Shown piece after piece: positions 37,481 through 46,417 of a stretch of 64,000 bases of DNA. Location of the stretch: positions 13,369-77,368 of the forward strand of contig JAFDAJ010000003.1 in assembly GCA_019313915.1 (NCBI GenBank). The letters run 5' to 3'. The notes below the pieces were generated by a model. It was not told the DNA's origin. It searched no databases and was given only the letters and a program-made list of their open reading frames with translations. Origin of the DNA: Deltaproteobacteria bacterium. GTDB lineage: Bacteria; Myxococcota_A; Polyangia; Polyangiales; Houyiibacteriaceae. Position 1 is the stretch's first letter. Every line of letters starts with the position of its first letter. A program made the position numbers and the translations under genes.

Positions 37481-38392
37481 ATGGCGGACTCCTGGATTCG
37501 AAACCTGCGCGATGCCGGCGACATCCTGAAGCGCGCGCGCAGTCCCGTGGAGCTCGCCAAAGCGCTGGTTCCCAATCAGTGGTTGGCGCGCAAAGTGCTC
37601 AACGACGAGGCCCCGGCGGCATCCAGCGCCTCCCCCACCGAAATCGCCCAAGCCCTGCGCAAGCTCCGGAACCAGTTGAAGACCGAGGCCCTCGACGAAG
37701 ACGGTCAGGTTGACTACGCAAAGCTTCGAAGCTCGCCGACATTCGCCGAGATGAAGAGGACCAGCGGGCTACTGCAAGCGATCGATCCCGGCGAGATGAC
37801 CGACGACGCCACGCGCACTGCGTTTTGGATCAACCTCTACAACGTGCTCGCCATCCACGGCGTGCTCGCGCTTGGGATTAGGGCGTCGGTCATGGAGGTC
37901 CCCTCTTTCTTCGGCGTGGTCGCGTATCGCGTGGGCGACCTCGTGCTCACCCTCGACGAAATCGAGAATGGCGTTCTCCGGCGCAATGCGCCCCACCCAG
38001 CGACCAGCTCGCGTTTGTTCGACGACGACGACCCACGGCTCGCGCTGTGTCCGTCCTACGTCGATCCGCGGATTCATGCCGCGCTGGTGTGCGCATCGAC
38101 GAGCTGTCCACCGGTGGCTTTCTACGAGGCCTCAAAGCTAGACGCCCAGCTCGAGCTCGCGGCGCTCAATTACGTCGCAACCGACGTCGAGGTCGACGAC
38201 GCGAATCGGATGGTCCGGATCCCGATCACGTTTCGCTACTACGAGAGTGACTTCGGTCGAGCTGCTGGAGTGCGCTTGTTTCTCGTCGAGCACGCGCGGG
38301 GGGCCCAGCGGGAGGCATTGGAGGCCGCGTTCGAAGACGGCTACGAGCTCGACTATCATCGATATGATTGGTCGCTTAATTCGATGGCTTGA
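37481..38392 (+). CDS. DUF547 domain-containing protein
   Basis: TRTAFWINLYNVLAIHGVL..NGVLRRN..RIHAALVCASTSCPPV..YDWSLN are the characteristic DUF547 blocks. Confidence 0.8.
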   Translation: MADSWIRNLRDAGDILKRARSPVELAKALVPNQWLARKVLNDEAPAASSASPTEIAQALRKLRNQLKTEALDEDGQVDYAKLRSSPTFAEMKRTSGLLQAIDPGEMTDDATRTAFWINLYNVLAIHGVLALGIRASVMEVPSFFGVVAYRVGDLVLTLDEIENGVLRRNAPHPATSSRLFDDDDPRLALCPSYVDPRIHAALVCASTSCPPVAFYEASKLDAQLELAALNYVATDVEVDDANRMVRIPITFRYYESDFGRAAGVRLFLVEHARGAQREALEAAFEDGYELDYHRYDWSLNSMA

Positions 38393-38561
38393 AGCGCATC
38401 TGAATCGGCCTTCCGTCTTCAAGGCCGCTAAACACGGTCAGGTTGTTAGGCTGCATCTTCGTACAAGCCGTTGTTACGCGCACCCGATGCGTGCCCACGC
38501 CCAACAACGCAGAACCTGCGCGCTGGCGCCTGAGATTCCTCTGCAAGATCGGCATTCCGCC

Positions 38562-38577
38562 TGGCACGCCTGATGCA
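38562..38577 (+). promoter_or_regulatory. candidate sigma54 (-24/-12) promoter
   Basis: TGGCACgcctgaTGCA, with GG and GC 12 nt apart. It lies ~50 nt upstream of the ATG at 38629. There is one mismatch to TTGCA, and no cognate activator gene is adjacent. Confidence 0.4.
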
Positions 38578-38628
38578 TAGGTAGGTAACCCCACCTAGTC
38601 GGGCACTGAGCTGGAGCGGGAGGTGATC

Positions 38629-39006
38629 ATGCGGTACTTCGTTGGCTTTGCGTGTGTCGTCGTCGTGCTGGTAGCGTCGCCTCTGAGCGCTAGCGCACAA
38701 GCCGGTGAGGAAGGCACGGCGGCTGAGCCTAGTGCGGAACAGTCCGTGCAATCGACTCAGCCGACCCGATCGCGGCTCGAGCGCTGGCACCCCGAAGCCT
38801 TCGTTGACCCAGCGTTACAACTGGGGGTCGATTCTGCCGGTCTGGAGGTGACGCCAACTGGGCCGCTGACCGCCGAAGAGCTCCAGCGCCAGGAGGAGGA
38901 GGCGGCGGCGCGTAAGAGGCGAGTGGGCATCGGGGTCGGCGTCTCCGTTGCGCTTGTCCTGGCTGCCCTTCTTGCGGGCTTTGTCGTGGCGGTGGGGTCG
39001 ATGTAG
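38629..39006 (+). CDS. small secreted/membrane-anchored protein, function unknown
   Basis: GGGAGG, 6 nt, then ATG. MRYFVGFACVVVVLVASPLSASA is a signal peptide. The middle is acidic, and the C-terminus has a TM helix (GIGVGVSVALVLAALLAGFVVAVG). Confidence 0.5.
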   Translation: MRYFVGFACVVVVLVASPLSASAQAGEEGTAAEPSAEQSVQSTQPTRSRLERWHPEAFVDPALQLGVDSAGLEVTPTGPLTAEELQRQEEEAAARKRRVGIGVGVSVALVLAALLAGFVVAVGSM

Positions 39007-39413
39007 CCTGGCAGGAGCGCTGCGGGAATCGTGTTCTGAAGGGGGTATGTCCCCGCAGCGGGTTCAGTGGGACCTGGCACAATCGCGACTCGTGTTCTGA
39101 GCAATGTGCGAGGCGGGGTCGTTCGGGGTGCTAACAACCTGACTCACGTTGACGTGCCGCGCCTGCCCGCCCACGACTACGCGGAAACGAAAAAGAATAA
39201 ACCTTCTTCTCGATTCTGCTTGACAGTTTTTGCGGACGGCTCGGTTCGCTTCTCAGATCCTCGCCCAAGGGCGGATCGCTGGGGCGCACAGTGGGGCGGA
39301 TCCTTCCTTGCGAGTTCTTTGATTCAAACTTCAGATCTAGTTCGTCCTTGACCGCAAATCGGCTGCTAGGGGATCGAACTCCGGTTTTGGACCCTCGTGG
39401 TAGCGTGCTGTTC

Positions 39414-40481
39414 ATGATGAATGCGTCCTCACTTCAGCTCATCAACAAGCACCAACTCGTCCGCGACTTCTCATCGTTGGTCGACAAGGACCGGCGCGAC
39501 ACCGCCACGATGCTCGTCTACGTCGCGGAGATCGATCGGCGAAAGTTATACCTCGAGCATGCGTGCCCCTCGATGTTTGCCTTCTGTACGAAGCGCTTTC
39601 ACATGTCGGAAGCGGTTGCGGCGAGACGGATCCGAGCAGGTCGCGCGACCTGTCGTTTTCCCTGCATTTTTGACATGATTGCGCGAGGTGAGTTGCACTT
39701 GAGCGGTGTTCATCAGCTGGCCGGACATCTCACCGAGGACAATCACCAGGAGGTCCTTCAACGCGCCAAGCACAGGAGCATGCGTGAGATCGAGAAACTG
39801 ATCGCGGAGATTTCACCGAAGCCTGATGTGCCTGCGTCGGTTCGCGCTCTGCCCATCCGGCGAGTTCAATCTACCCCAAAAATGTTGGAGGACATCCCCG
39901 CCGCCCACCCGATCGCGGGACAGAGACCTGCGATCGAAAGGCTGGGTGTGAGCTCTGCTCCCTCTCAGGGCAGCAAGTTGGCCGCTGGCGGGTCGAAGCC
40001 AAACTCTCGAGTCACTCCCCTTTCTCCGCGGCGCTACAAAATTCAAGTCACGATCGGACAGGAGGGCCGGGACAAGCTCTCCGAGCTTCAGGATCTGCTG
40101 AGTCATCAGATTCCAGACGGCGACCTGGCGGCGATCCTCGATCGAGCGTTGGACGCGTTACTGGTCGAAACGCGGAAGAAGAAGGCCTCCTTCACGGAGA
40201 ACCCGCGTTCCGTTCGCAAAAGAAGCAACCGCAAGGGTCGCGCGATTCCCGCACAGATTCGACGCGAGGTGTTTGAGCGGGACCAGGGCCGATGTGTCTT
40301 CGTTGACGCGTGTGGTCGGCGATGCCTGTCGGGGTGGCAGGTTGAGTTCCATCATGTCGTGCCGTACGCGAGGGGCGGGTCGCACGGCGCGGACAACATC
40401 GAGCTTCGCTGTAGGGCTCACAATCAATATGAAGCGGAGCTCGAGTACGGGGCGAGGTTCATGGCGTCGCGACGGAATTGA
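39414..40481 (+). CDS. HNH endonuclease (DUF222-like N-terminal region)
   Basis: The C-terminus RCVFVDACGRRCLSGWQVEFHHVVPYARGGSHGADNIELRCRAHNQYEAE has the HNH signature plus a Cys-rich zinc site. ATG at 39414 (MMNASSLQL..). Confidence 0.85.
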   Translation: MMNASSLQLINKHQLVRDFSSLVDKDRRDTATMLVYVAEIDRRKLYLEHACPSMFAFCTKRFHMSEAVAARRIRAGRATCRFPCIFDMIARGELHLSGVHQLAGHLTEDNHQEVLQRAKHRSMREIEKLIAEISPKPDVPASVRALPIRRVQSTPKMLEDIPAAHPIAGQRPAIERLGVSSAPSQGSKLAAGGSKPNSRVTPLSPRRYKIQVTIGQEGRDKLSELQDLLSHQIPDGDLAAILDRALDALLVETRKKKASFTENPRSVRKRSNRKGRAIPAQIRREVFERDQGRCVFVDACGRRCLSGWQVEFHHVVPYARGGSHGADNIELRCRAHNQYEAELEYGARFMASRRN

Positions 40482-40562
40482 GCGTCGGGGCTAGTCTCCG
40501 CGAAGGCTCCAGGAGGCTCTGACTCGGTGGCTATGAAGGACTGACGCGAGAGGGTACGCTCC

Positions 40563-40997
40563 GTGGGTATGTATGCTTATCTATCCCTAGCTTTGCTGGG
40601 GTGTGCGCTCTTGGCGTTTGCGCCCAGCGCGTTGGCCCATGAACCGGCGACTTCGGCGGTGTCTCTCCAATACCAAACTGCCCCTGAGCCAACCCAAAGC
40701 AAGGAGCGGAGAGCGCACGCCGGGATGGCTTCGAGCTCTGTTGGAATCCTGCTCAGCACCGTGGGAATCATCGTGGGCGCGGCGTTGGTGAGCCTCCCGG
40801 ATTGTCGCTGGGTTGGGGGGGACTACTGCAGGCCGGTGCAAGGTGCCGAAAAGAAAAGAACGGCAGGCAAGGCATTGCTGGTCATCAGCCCCCTTGCCCT
40901 CGGCGCATCCATCTACGGCCTCGTTCGCTCCAGGCGCACCCGTGACGAGGGCAACCCCCAAATGCAGGAGCCGCGCAAGCGGGCGTCCTGGCGGTGA
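40563..40997 (+). CDS. hypothetical membrane protein
   Basis: Signal peptide YAYLSLALLGCALLAFAPSALA plus two further hydrophobic helices. No family recognised. Confidence 0.45.
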   Translation: MGMYAYLSLALLGCALLAFAPSALAHEPATSAVSLQYQTAPEPTQSKERRAHAGMASSSVGILLSTVGIIVGAALVSLPDCRWVGGDYCRPVQGAEKKRTAGKALLVISPLALGASIYGLVRSRRTRDEGNPQMQEPRKRASWR

Positions 40998-41057
40998 CTC
41001 TGAATCCGCCGGCGGCGCACGGCGCTGAGGAGAAGAACTTCGACGACTTGGCTTGCG

Positions 41058-42380
41058 CTAACGATGGCGGAGCAGCTGACGGTCGGTTCTGGCGTCTATG
41101 GCGTAGAGCACTCGTGTGACCGCCTTGTATGCTGCGTAGCGCAAGGGCTCGGGAGGCCACGACCATGCTCTCCTGGCGAGAGCGCTCTCGCACTCGTGGG
41201 CGCAACCGAGGACTCGATCGGACAGCATCGCGCCGATCAGAGTCGCCTGCGCGACGCCATGCCCCGCATACCCGAAACCGTAGTGGATGTTCTCCTGGTC
41301 GCCGGTCACGCCGATCATCGGTAAGAAGTCCAGCCCGAGCCCAATCCAGCCACCCCAAAAACGCTCCACGGAAACCCCTTCGAGCTGGGGAAACCTCTGC
41401 CTGAAGGCGGTCTCGATGGTCTCGAATGCTGCCGGATCGTAGCCCGGTGCGAGCTTGCTGCCGTACGCGTAACGAACGACTCTCGAACCCCCGATGATCG
41501 TGTTGCGCGCGCTGAGCCGGTAGCTCTCGAGCACTTCGTGGGACGTATAGATTCCCTCCCGGCCGTTCCAGTCGACAGCGGCGAGCTGGCTGGCGCTGAG
41601 TGGCTCGGTTTCGAATAGGGAGACGCGCAGGGGCACAACCTTGCGCGGCATGACCTCGATGGACCGGGAGTAGGCATTCGTCGCAACGACCGCGGAATCT
41701 GCGATGACCACACCGCCTTCGGATCGCACGCGAACCGGCTTGCCCTCGTCGATCGATTGAACGGGGGAGTGCTCGTGAAGTCGAACCCCGGCGTCGATTG
41801 CAGCTTGGCGAAGCCCGGTCACGTATTGGCCTGGGTCCAGCACCCCACCTCGCTGTTCGAGCACCCCGCAGTGAAAGGCCCGGGGCAACCCGCGCTCACG
41901 CATCTCATCGCCGCAGAGGAACCGGACGTGACCCCCAAGACGCGACGCCGTAGCAGCTGCCTCGCGCAGCCGTTTCTCGTGCTTGGGATGCACGGCGGCG
42001 AGGATGTTGCCGTTGGGTTCGTAGCCGCACTCGATGCCTAGATGCTCGACGACGTGCTCGGTGTACTCGACCGCTTGGTCCGCGAACTGCACCAGCGCTT
42101 GCGCCCGTTGCTCCCCGAACATCCGCAACAACGTCGGCAGGTCTTTGCCGATCGTCGGCGTGAGATGACCAGCGTTGCAACCGCTCGCGCCCGCGCCAGC
42201 GAAGTCTTGCTCGAGCACGAGGACGTCAACACCTTGCTCGCGGAGCGACAGCGCCGCTGAAAGACCCGTGTAACCAGCACCGATGACGACGACATCCGCA
42301 CGCTGCTCTCCTTGAAGCGGAGGACAGGGCTCATCCGGCTCACGAATCCAGGCACCGATCTCCTCGAATGGAAAGGTCAT
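41058..42380 (-). CDS. FAD-dependent oxidoreductase (DAO/glycine-oxidase-like family)
   Basis: N-terminal dinucleotide fold ADVVVIGAGYTGLSAALSLREQGVDVLVLE. Length (440 aa) and overall pattern fit the DAO family. Confidence 0.85.
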   Translation of the reverse strand: MTFPFEEIGAWIREPDEPCPPLQGEQRADVVVIGAGYTGLSAALSLREQGVDVLVLEQDFAGAGASGCNAGHLTPTIGKDLPTLLRMFGEQRAQALVQFADQAVEYTEHVVEHLGIECGYEPNGNILAAVHPKHEKRLREAAATASRLGGHVRFLCGDEMRERGLPRAFHCGVLEQRGGVLDPGQYVTGLRQAAIDAGVRLHEHSPVQSIDEGKPVRVRSEGGVVIADSAVVATNAYSRSIEVMPRKVVPLRVSLFETEPLSASQLAAVDWNGREGIYTSHEVLESYRLSARNTIIGGSRVVRYAYGSKLAPGYDPAAFETIETAFRQRFPQLEGVSVERFWGGWIGLGLDFLPMIGVTGDQENIHYGFGYAGHGVAQATLIGAMLSDRVLGCAHECESALARRAWSWPPEPLRYAAYKAVTRVLYAIDARTDRQLLRHR

Positions 42381-42483
42381 CTCATCCGCAAGCGACCATA
42401 CAACATCAGATGAAGCAAGCTCGCTCGCTCGCTGGGCGTCAGTGACAGCGTCGCGCTGCCGGCACCGAACAGAAGAGCACCCT

Positions 42484-42598
42484 CGGGCCTCGGGGCCCGG
42501 GGTGTAGATCTCAGGCCCGGGGCCCGAGACCCGGGGCCCGAGGCCCGAGGTGTAGAGTTCAGGCCCGAGACCCGGGGCCCGAGGTGTAGAACTCAGGC
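42484..42598. repeat. GC-rich degenerate tandem repeat (three ~31-48-nt units) with hairpin potential
   Basis: The core GGCCCGrGGTGTAGAnnTCAGGC occurs at 42494, 42542 and 42576. The sub-repeat GGCCCGAGACCCGGGGCCCGAGG occurs at 42521 and 42562. A near-perfect inverted repeat TCTCAGGCCCgGGGCCCGAGA lies at 42509-42529. The region is intergenic. Confidence 0.65.
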
Positions 42599-42621
42599 GT
42601 AACGCGTCGGCAGTGCTGGGG

Positions 42622-43497
42622 TCAGTGAGCGGCCGGCGCCCAGCACTCCCCCTCTTTGACCACGCGCCCTTCTCTCTCGAGCTTGATCAGGTGCGCCTCG
42701 AGCGAGAGAAGAGCCAGAGGCCACAGGGCCTTGGGAGTGTCGTCGTACGCGCTCGCGACCAAGTGCCGCGGCCTCGACGCCTTCCCGCGCGCGTCGAGGG
42801 CATCGAGCACTTTGCGCTCGCGCATCAAACGGTGCTCGATGTAGAAGTTCAGGATCGCTTGCGGCTCTTCGATCAAGTCGCCGTGTGCCGGCAGCAGGCC
42901 GGCGGGTTCGAGCGCGGACATCTTTCTAAGCGACTCGAGGTAGAGGAGCATGTCCCCATCTGTCGGCTCTACGACGATGGTACCGACTGAGGCGACCATA
43001 TCGCCCGCGATCATGATGCTCGTCGCCTCGTCGATGAAGCACAGATGCCCGGGCGCATGACCCGGGGTGTGAAGCGCAGTCAAGGCTGTCGGAGTCGGTC
43101 CTTCGAGCTGGATGCGTTCGCCGTCTTGAATCGAGCGGTCGATCTCGACGATGCCGTCGAGGCGCTGTGCCGTCATGGCGTGGGCCCAAAGGGGCAGCTG
43201 TAGGCGTTCCCGGAGCGCCATCGCGCCGCCGACGTGATCGGGATGATGGTGGGTTGCGAGTATCGCCACGGGCTCGATGCCCCGCAAACGGGCGGCCTGG
43301 ACCCACTGGACCATGGCGTCCTGCTCTTCGCGATAGGGGGTGGCTGGCTCGACGATCACCGCCTCTTTCGTGCCGACCAGGAAGGTATTGGTCTGGGTGG
43401 CCGGAGGCAACGTCGGCGTACGCACGGGGAGCATTTGAATCGTCGGCGCAACGTTCCGTACGCGATCAGCGACGGACTCTGGGCCGGACGGTTTCAT
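42622..43497 (-). CDS. MBL-fold metallo-hydrolase (glyoxalase II-like)
   Basis: ILATHHHPDHVGG metal motif and TPGHAPGHLCF. ATG at 43497 lies 4 nt after the upstream stop; the alternative GTG at 43509 overlaps that stop by 8 nt. Confidence 0.85.
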   Translation of the reverse strand: MKPSGPESVADRVRNVAPTIQMLPVRTPTLPPATQTNTFLVGTKEAVIVEPATPYREEQDAMVQWVQAARLRGIEPVAILATHHHPDHVGGAMALRERLQLPLWAHAMTAQRLDGIVEIDRSIQDGERIQLEGPTPTALTALHTPGHAPGHLCFIDEATSIMIAGDMVASVGTIVVEPTDGDMLLYLESLRKMSALEPAGLLPAHGDLIEEPQAILNFYIEHRLMRERKVLDALDARGKASRPRHLVASAYDDTPKALWPLALLSLEAHLIKLEREGRVVKEGECWAPAAH

Positions 43498-43501
43498 CCG
43501 C

Positions 43502-44230
43502 CTAGCCACTCACGAGTTCGAGATCGTCGAGCTCCAACTCTTGCTCAGGCGCGATCGCGTGGATCATCGAGACGGGGCCACTCGGATAGAAGCGGGCACG
43601 AGGCTCTTCGAGCAAGCACTCCACCCGACCTTCGCTTCGCAGACTCGGATCACCGAGTTGATGCATGCACACGCGAACGATCGACTTCACCGTTTCGAAG
43701 ACACCCCAGCCGTCGCGGGCTGAAGAGACCAGCTCGGGAATGCCTTCGGGCACGCCGAGGCGCTCGCTGAGCTCCCCGACGTCTAGGATGCCCGCCAGGT
43801 CGCGCTTGTTGTATTGAACGACCATTGGGATTCGGTCCGGGTCGGTCCCGTCCTGCCGAAGGTTGTAGTCGAGGTTACGAATCGCGTAGTTGTTTCCCTC
43901 GATCGCGTCGGCTTGGCTGTCGATGACGAGCACGACGCCGTCGACGTTCCGGAGCACCATTTGGCGCGTCGAGTCCTGAGCGATTTGCCCGGGGACGGAG
44001 ATCAGATGAAGACGCACGGTGTACCCGCGGAACTCGCCGAGGTGCAGCGGCAGAAAGTCCAGGAAGAGCGTTCGCTCTGCCTCGGTGTTCACCGATACGA
44101 GCTTGCCCCGCGACTCCGGCCGTGCCTGCGCGTGGATGGTCTCGAGATTGGTGGTCTTGCCCCCGAGCCCGACGCCGTAGTAGACGATCTTGAGCGTGAT
44201 TTCACGCTGCGCGTGGTGAACCAGCGGCAT
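43502..44230 (-). CDS. MglA-family Ras-like small GTPase with a ~45-aa C-terminal extension
   Basis: REITLKIVYYGVGLGGKTTNL (P-loop), ERTLFLDFLPL, HLISVPGQ (MglA-type G3 lacking Asp) and QYNKRDL (G4) are closely parallel to M. xanthus MglA as I recall it. The extra acidic tail ends ELELDDLELVSG. Confidence 0.85.
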   Translation of the reverse strand: MPLVHHAQREITLKIVYYGVGLGGKTTNLETIHAQARPESRGKLVSVNTEAERTLFLDFLPLHLGEFRGYTVRLHLISVPGQIAQDSTRQMVLRNVDGVVLVIDSQADAIEGNNYAIRNLDYNLRQDGTDPDRIPMVVQYNKRDLAGILDVGELSERLGVPEGIPELVSSARDGWGVFETVKSIVRVCMHQLGDPSLRSEGRVECLLEEPRARFYPSGPVSMIHAIAPEQELELDDLELVSG

Positions 44231-44289
44231 GATTTGGGACTACCTGGGTGCCCGCCAAGCGTCAAGAAGCCGGCAAATACGCAGCGGCT

Positions 44290-46386
44290 TCATCCAGCAT
44301 CTTCGCGGACGGCCGCATTGCGTTCCCAGCGCTCTACGGCGGCGCGTGCAGGCGCGTGCTCCGGCGCGGATAGATCCGGATCCACCCCAATAATACGATC
44401 TGCCAGATCGCCGGCGCGCTTAAGGAGGGCCCGATCCCGGGCGGGATTCGCGAACTGTAGGCCGCTCGCCCCAGACTGGCGATACCCAAAAAGGTGACCA
44501 GGGCCTCGAAGCTCGAAATCCCGCTCTGCCAGGCGGAAGCCATCGTCGGTGTCGCACAGCACTTGAAGACGCGCCTCCGCTTCGGTGGACAGCGGCTCGC
44601 CGAACGTGAGCAAGCAAGCGCTTCGCTGACCTGCACGCCCGACGCGCCCCCGAAGCTGATGAAGCTGAGCGAGCCCAAAGCGCTCGGCCTGCTCGACGAC
44701 GATGATGTTCGCGGCCGGGACGTCGACGCCGACTTCCAACACGGTGGTTCCGACCAGCACCTGGAGCTCGCCCTCTCGAAACGCCTGCATCAGCGCGCGA
44801 CGCTCTTCACCGGGAAGCCGCCCGTGAATCTGTCCTACGCGGCCGCCTCCAAACTGCGCCGTCATTTCGTCGAACACTCGGTCGACGCCCACGAGTTCGT
44901 CCGAAGAAGAGATCGCGGGACACACTACGAATGCTCTGCCCTCCGCTTCGAGCGCCCGTTCGATCTGGCGAAACACCGTGGCGCGTTGGGCACGCGAAAT
45001 CATCTTAGTCGTGGCCGGCACTCGCCCGGGCGGCTTGGCGTCGATCGTCGTGAGTTCGAGCCCCGCGTAGAGAACCAGAGCAAGGCTTCGGGGAATCGGT
45101 GTTGCTGTCATGACGAGAAGATGTGGCCGCCGGGTCGATCCGCGGGTGCCGAGGCGGAGGCGCTGTGCGACGCCAAAGCGGTGCTGTTCATCGACGATGA
45201 CCAACCCGAGGTCGGCAAAGCGAACCTCTCCGCTCAGAAGCGCGTGCGTGCCCAGGATGACATCGACGGCTCCAGTGGCCATGCGGTCGAGCATCGAACG
45301 GCGCTGATCTTTGCTCAACGCGCCGGTGAAAACGCCGAGACGGAGACCGAGCTCCTCGGCCGTGGGCCTCAGTGTGTCCGCGTGCTGGTCGGCGAGGAGC
45401 TCGGTGGGAGCCAAGAACACGGTCTGTGCGGCACCGGCCGCGACCTGCGCGCAGGCCACCATCGCGACCGCGGTCTTGCCACATCCGACGTCGCCCTGCA
45501 GCAAACGGCGCATCGGTGTTTCGCTCGTCAGCGCGCCGCTCACCTCGGTAACGGCCCTTTGCTGTGCTTCGGTCAGCTCAAAAGGGAAAGCACCGCATGC
45601 CGACTGCACCGCGGGCTCGATTTCGAATGGCCGAGCCACACCGCCGCGCTCCGAAGCCCGGCGAGACCGTAGCGCTAGCTCCCACAGTACGAGCTCTTCG
45701 AGCGCCAGCCTTCCGTGTGCCGGTGTGGGCTGCTCCGCTTCGGACTCTTCGTCGAACGTCGCAGGGTCAGGAACGTGAATGGCAGCAAGCGCCTCTCCTA
45801 CGGCGCCCACGCCAACCTCCGCGCGCAGCGCAGGCGGAATCAGATCGGGGACCTCCGCAACGGCGCGGTCGACCGCCTTGCGCACCGCGCGCCGGAGGGT
45901 CTTGCGACGAACACCCGGAATCTCCGGATAGCGGGGCTCGATCGCCCCCGGCGTGTCAGCAGCAAGCGTCTCGGGGTGCGCGATTGTCGCCGTGCCGCGA
46001 TAGTCGTGGACCCGTCCCGCGACTCGAACGGTCTCCCCTTCCACGAAGCGCCTCGCAAGCCCAGGGATCGACTGAAACCAAACCAGTTTCAGCTCGCGGT
46101 AACCATCGTGCTCGGATGTCTCGTCCATCGGCTCGAGCCGGGCCTCAAACCCCATGCGGCCGCCGCGCGGAAAGGAACGCGCCCTTCGAACCACACCTTC
46201 GACGACCACATAGTCGCCGTCCTGCAGCGTATGGATCGGCGCCGGTCGACGTTGATCGTCGTACCCTCGTGGCAACAGCCATAAAAGGTCCCCGACGGAC
46301 TCGTACCCTCGTTTGCGGAGATGGGCGCCCGTCGCGGGTCCGATCCCGGGCAAGGTTTCGATAGGATGATCGAGCAGTGTGGGCAC
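44290..46386 (-). CDS. recG: ATP-dependent DNA helicase RecG
   Basis: Wedge/OB N-domain, then helicase motifs LLQGDVGCGKT, VIVDEQHRFG and MTATPIPR. GTG at 46386 gives (M)PTLLDHPIETLPGIGP, parallel to the E. coli RecG N-terminus. The track start at 46569 lies inside greA. Confidence 0.9.
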   Translation of the reverse strand: MPTLLDHPIETLPGIGPATGAHLRKRGYESVGDLLWLLPRGYDDQRRPAPIHTLQDGDYVVVEGVVRRARSFPRGGRMGFEARLEPMDETSEHDGYRELKLVWFQSIPGLARRFVEGETVRVAGRVHDYRGTATIAHPETLAADTPGAIEPRYPEIPGVRRKTLRRAVRKAVDRAVAEVPDLIPPALRAEVGVGAVGEALAAIHVPDPATFDEESEAEQPTPAHGRLALEELVLWELALRSRRASERGGVARPFEIEPAVQSACGAFPFELTEAQQRAVTEVSGALTSETPMRRLLQGDVGCGKTAVAMVACAQVAAGAAQTVFLAPTELLADQHADTLRPTAEELGLRLGVFTGALSKDQRRSMLDRMATGAVDVILGTHALLSGEVRFADLGLVIVDEQHRFGVAQRLRLGTRGSTRRPHLLVMTATPIPRSLALVLYAGLELTTIDAKPPGRVPATTKMISRAQRATVFRQIERALEAEGRAFVVCPAISSSDELVGVDRVFDEMTAQFGGGRVGQIHGRLPGEERRALMQAFREGELQVLVGTTVLEVGVDVPAANIIVVEQAERFGLAQLHQLRGRVGRAGQRSACLLTFGEPLSTEAEARLQVLCDTDDGFRLAERDFELRGPGHLFGYRQSGASGLQFANPARDRALLKRAGDLADRIIGVDPDLSAPEHAPARAAVERWERNAAVREDAG

Positions 46387-46417
46387 CGATGCTCGCTCCC
46401 CGGGGTTGAGGCTCCCG

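Noticed and set aside
39067-39351. 94-aa ORF in the long spacer upstream of the HNH gene.
   Set aside because: The composition is atypical, there is no RBS or motif, and it spans the AT-rich stretch. It is more likely non-coding spacer DNA.
39341-39400. A tRNA-like T-loop motif (minus strand GGAGTTCGATCCCC), which could mark a tRNA gene or an att-site remnant beside the HNH islet.
   Set aside because: I could not build a 5-bp T-stem, an acceptor stem or an anticodon arm around it. It is most likely a chance match. It would be worth a tRNAscan/Aragorn run, but I cannot support it as a feature.
42484-42598. Possibility that the GC-rich repeat cluster is a small CRISPR array.
   Set aside because: There are only three core copies, with irregular 11-25-nt intervening segments that are themselves repeats. 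No cas genes or leader are present. The structure fits a degenerate tandem/REP-like element.
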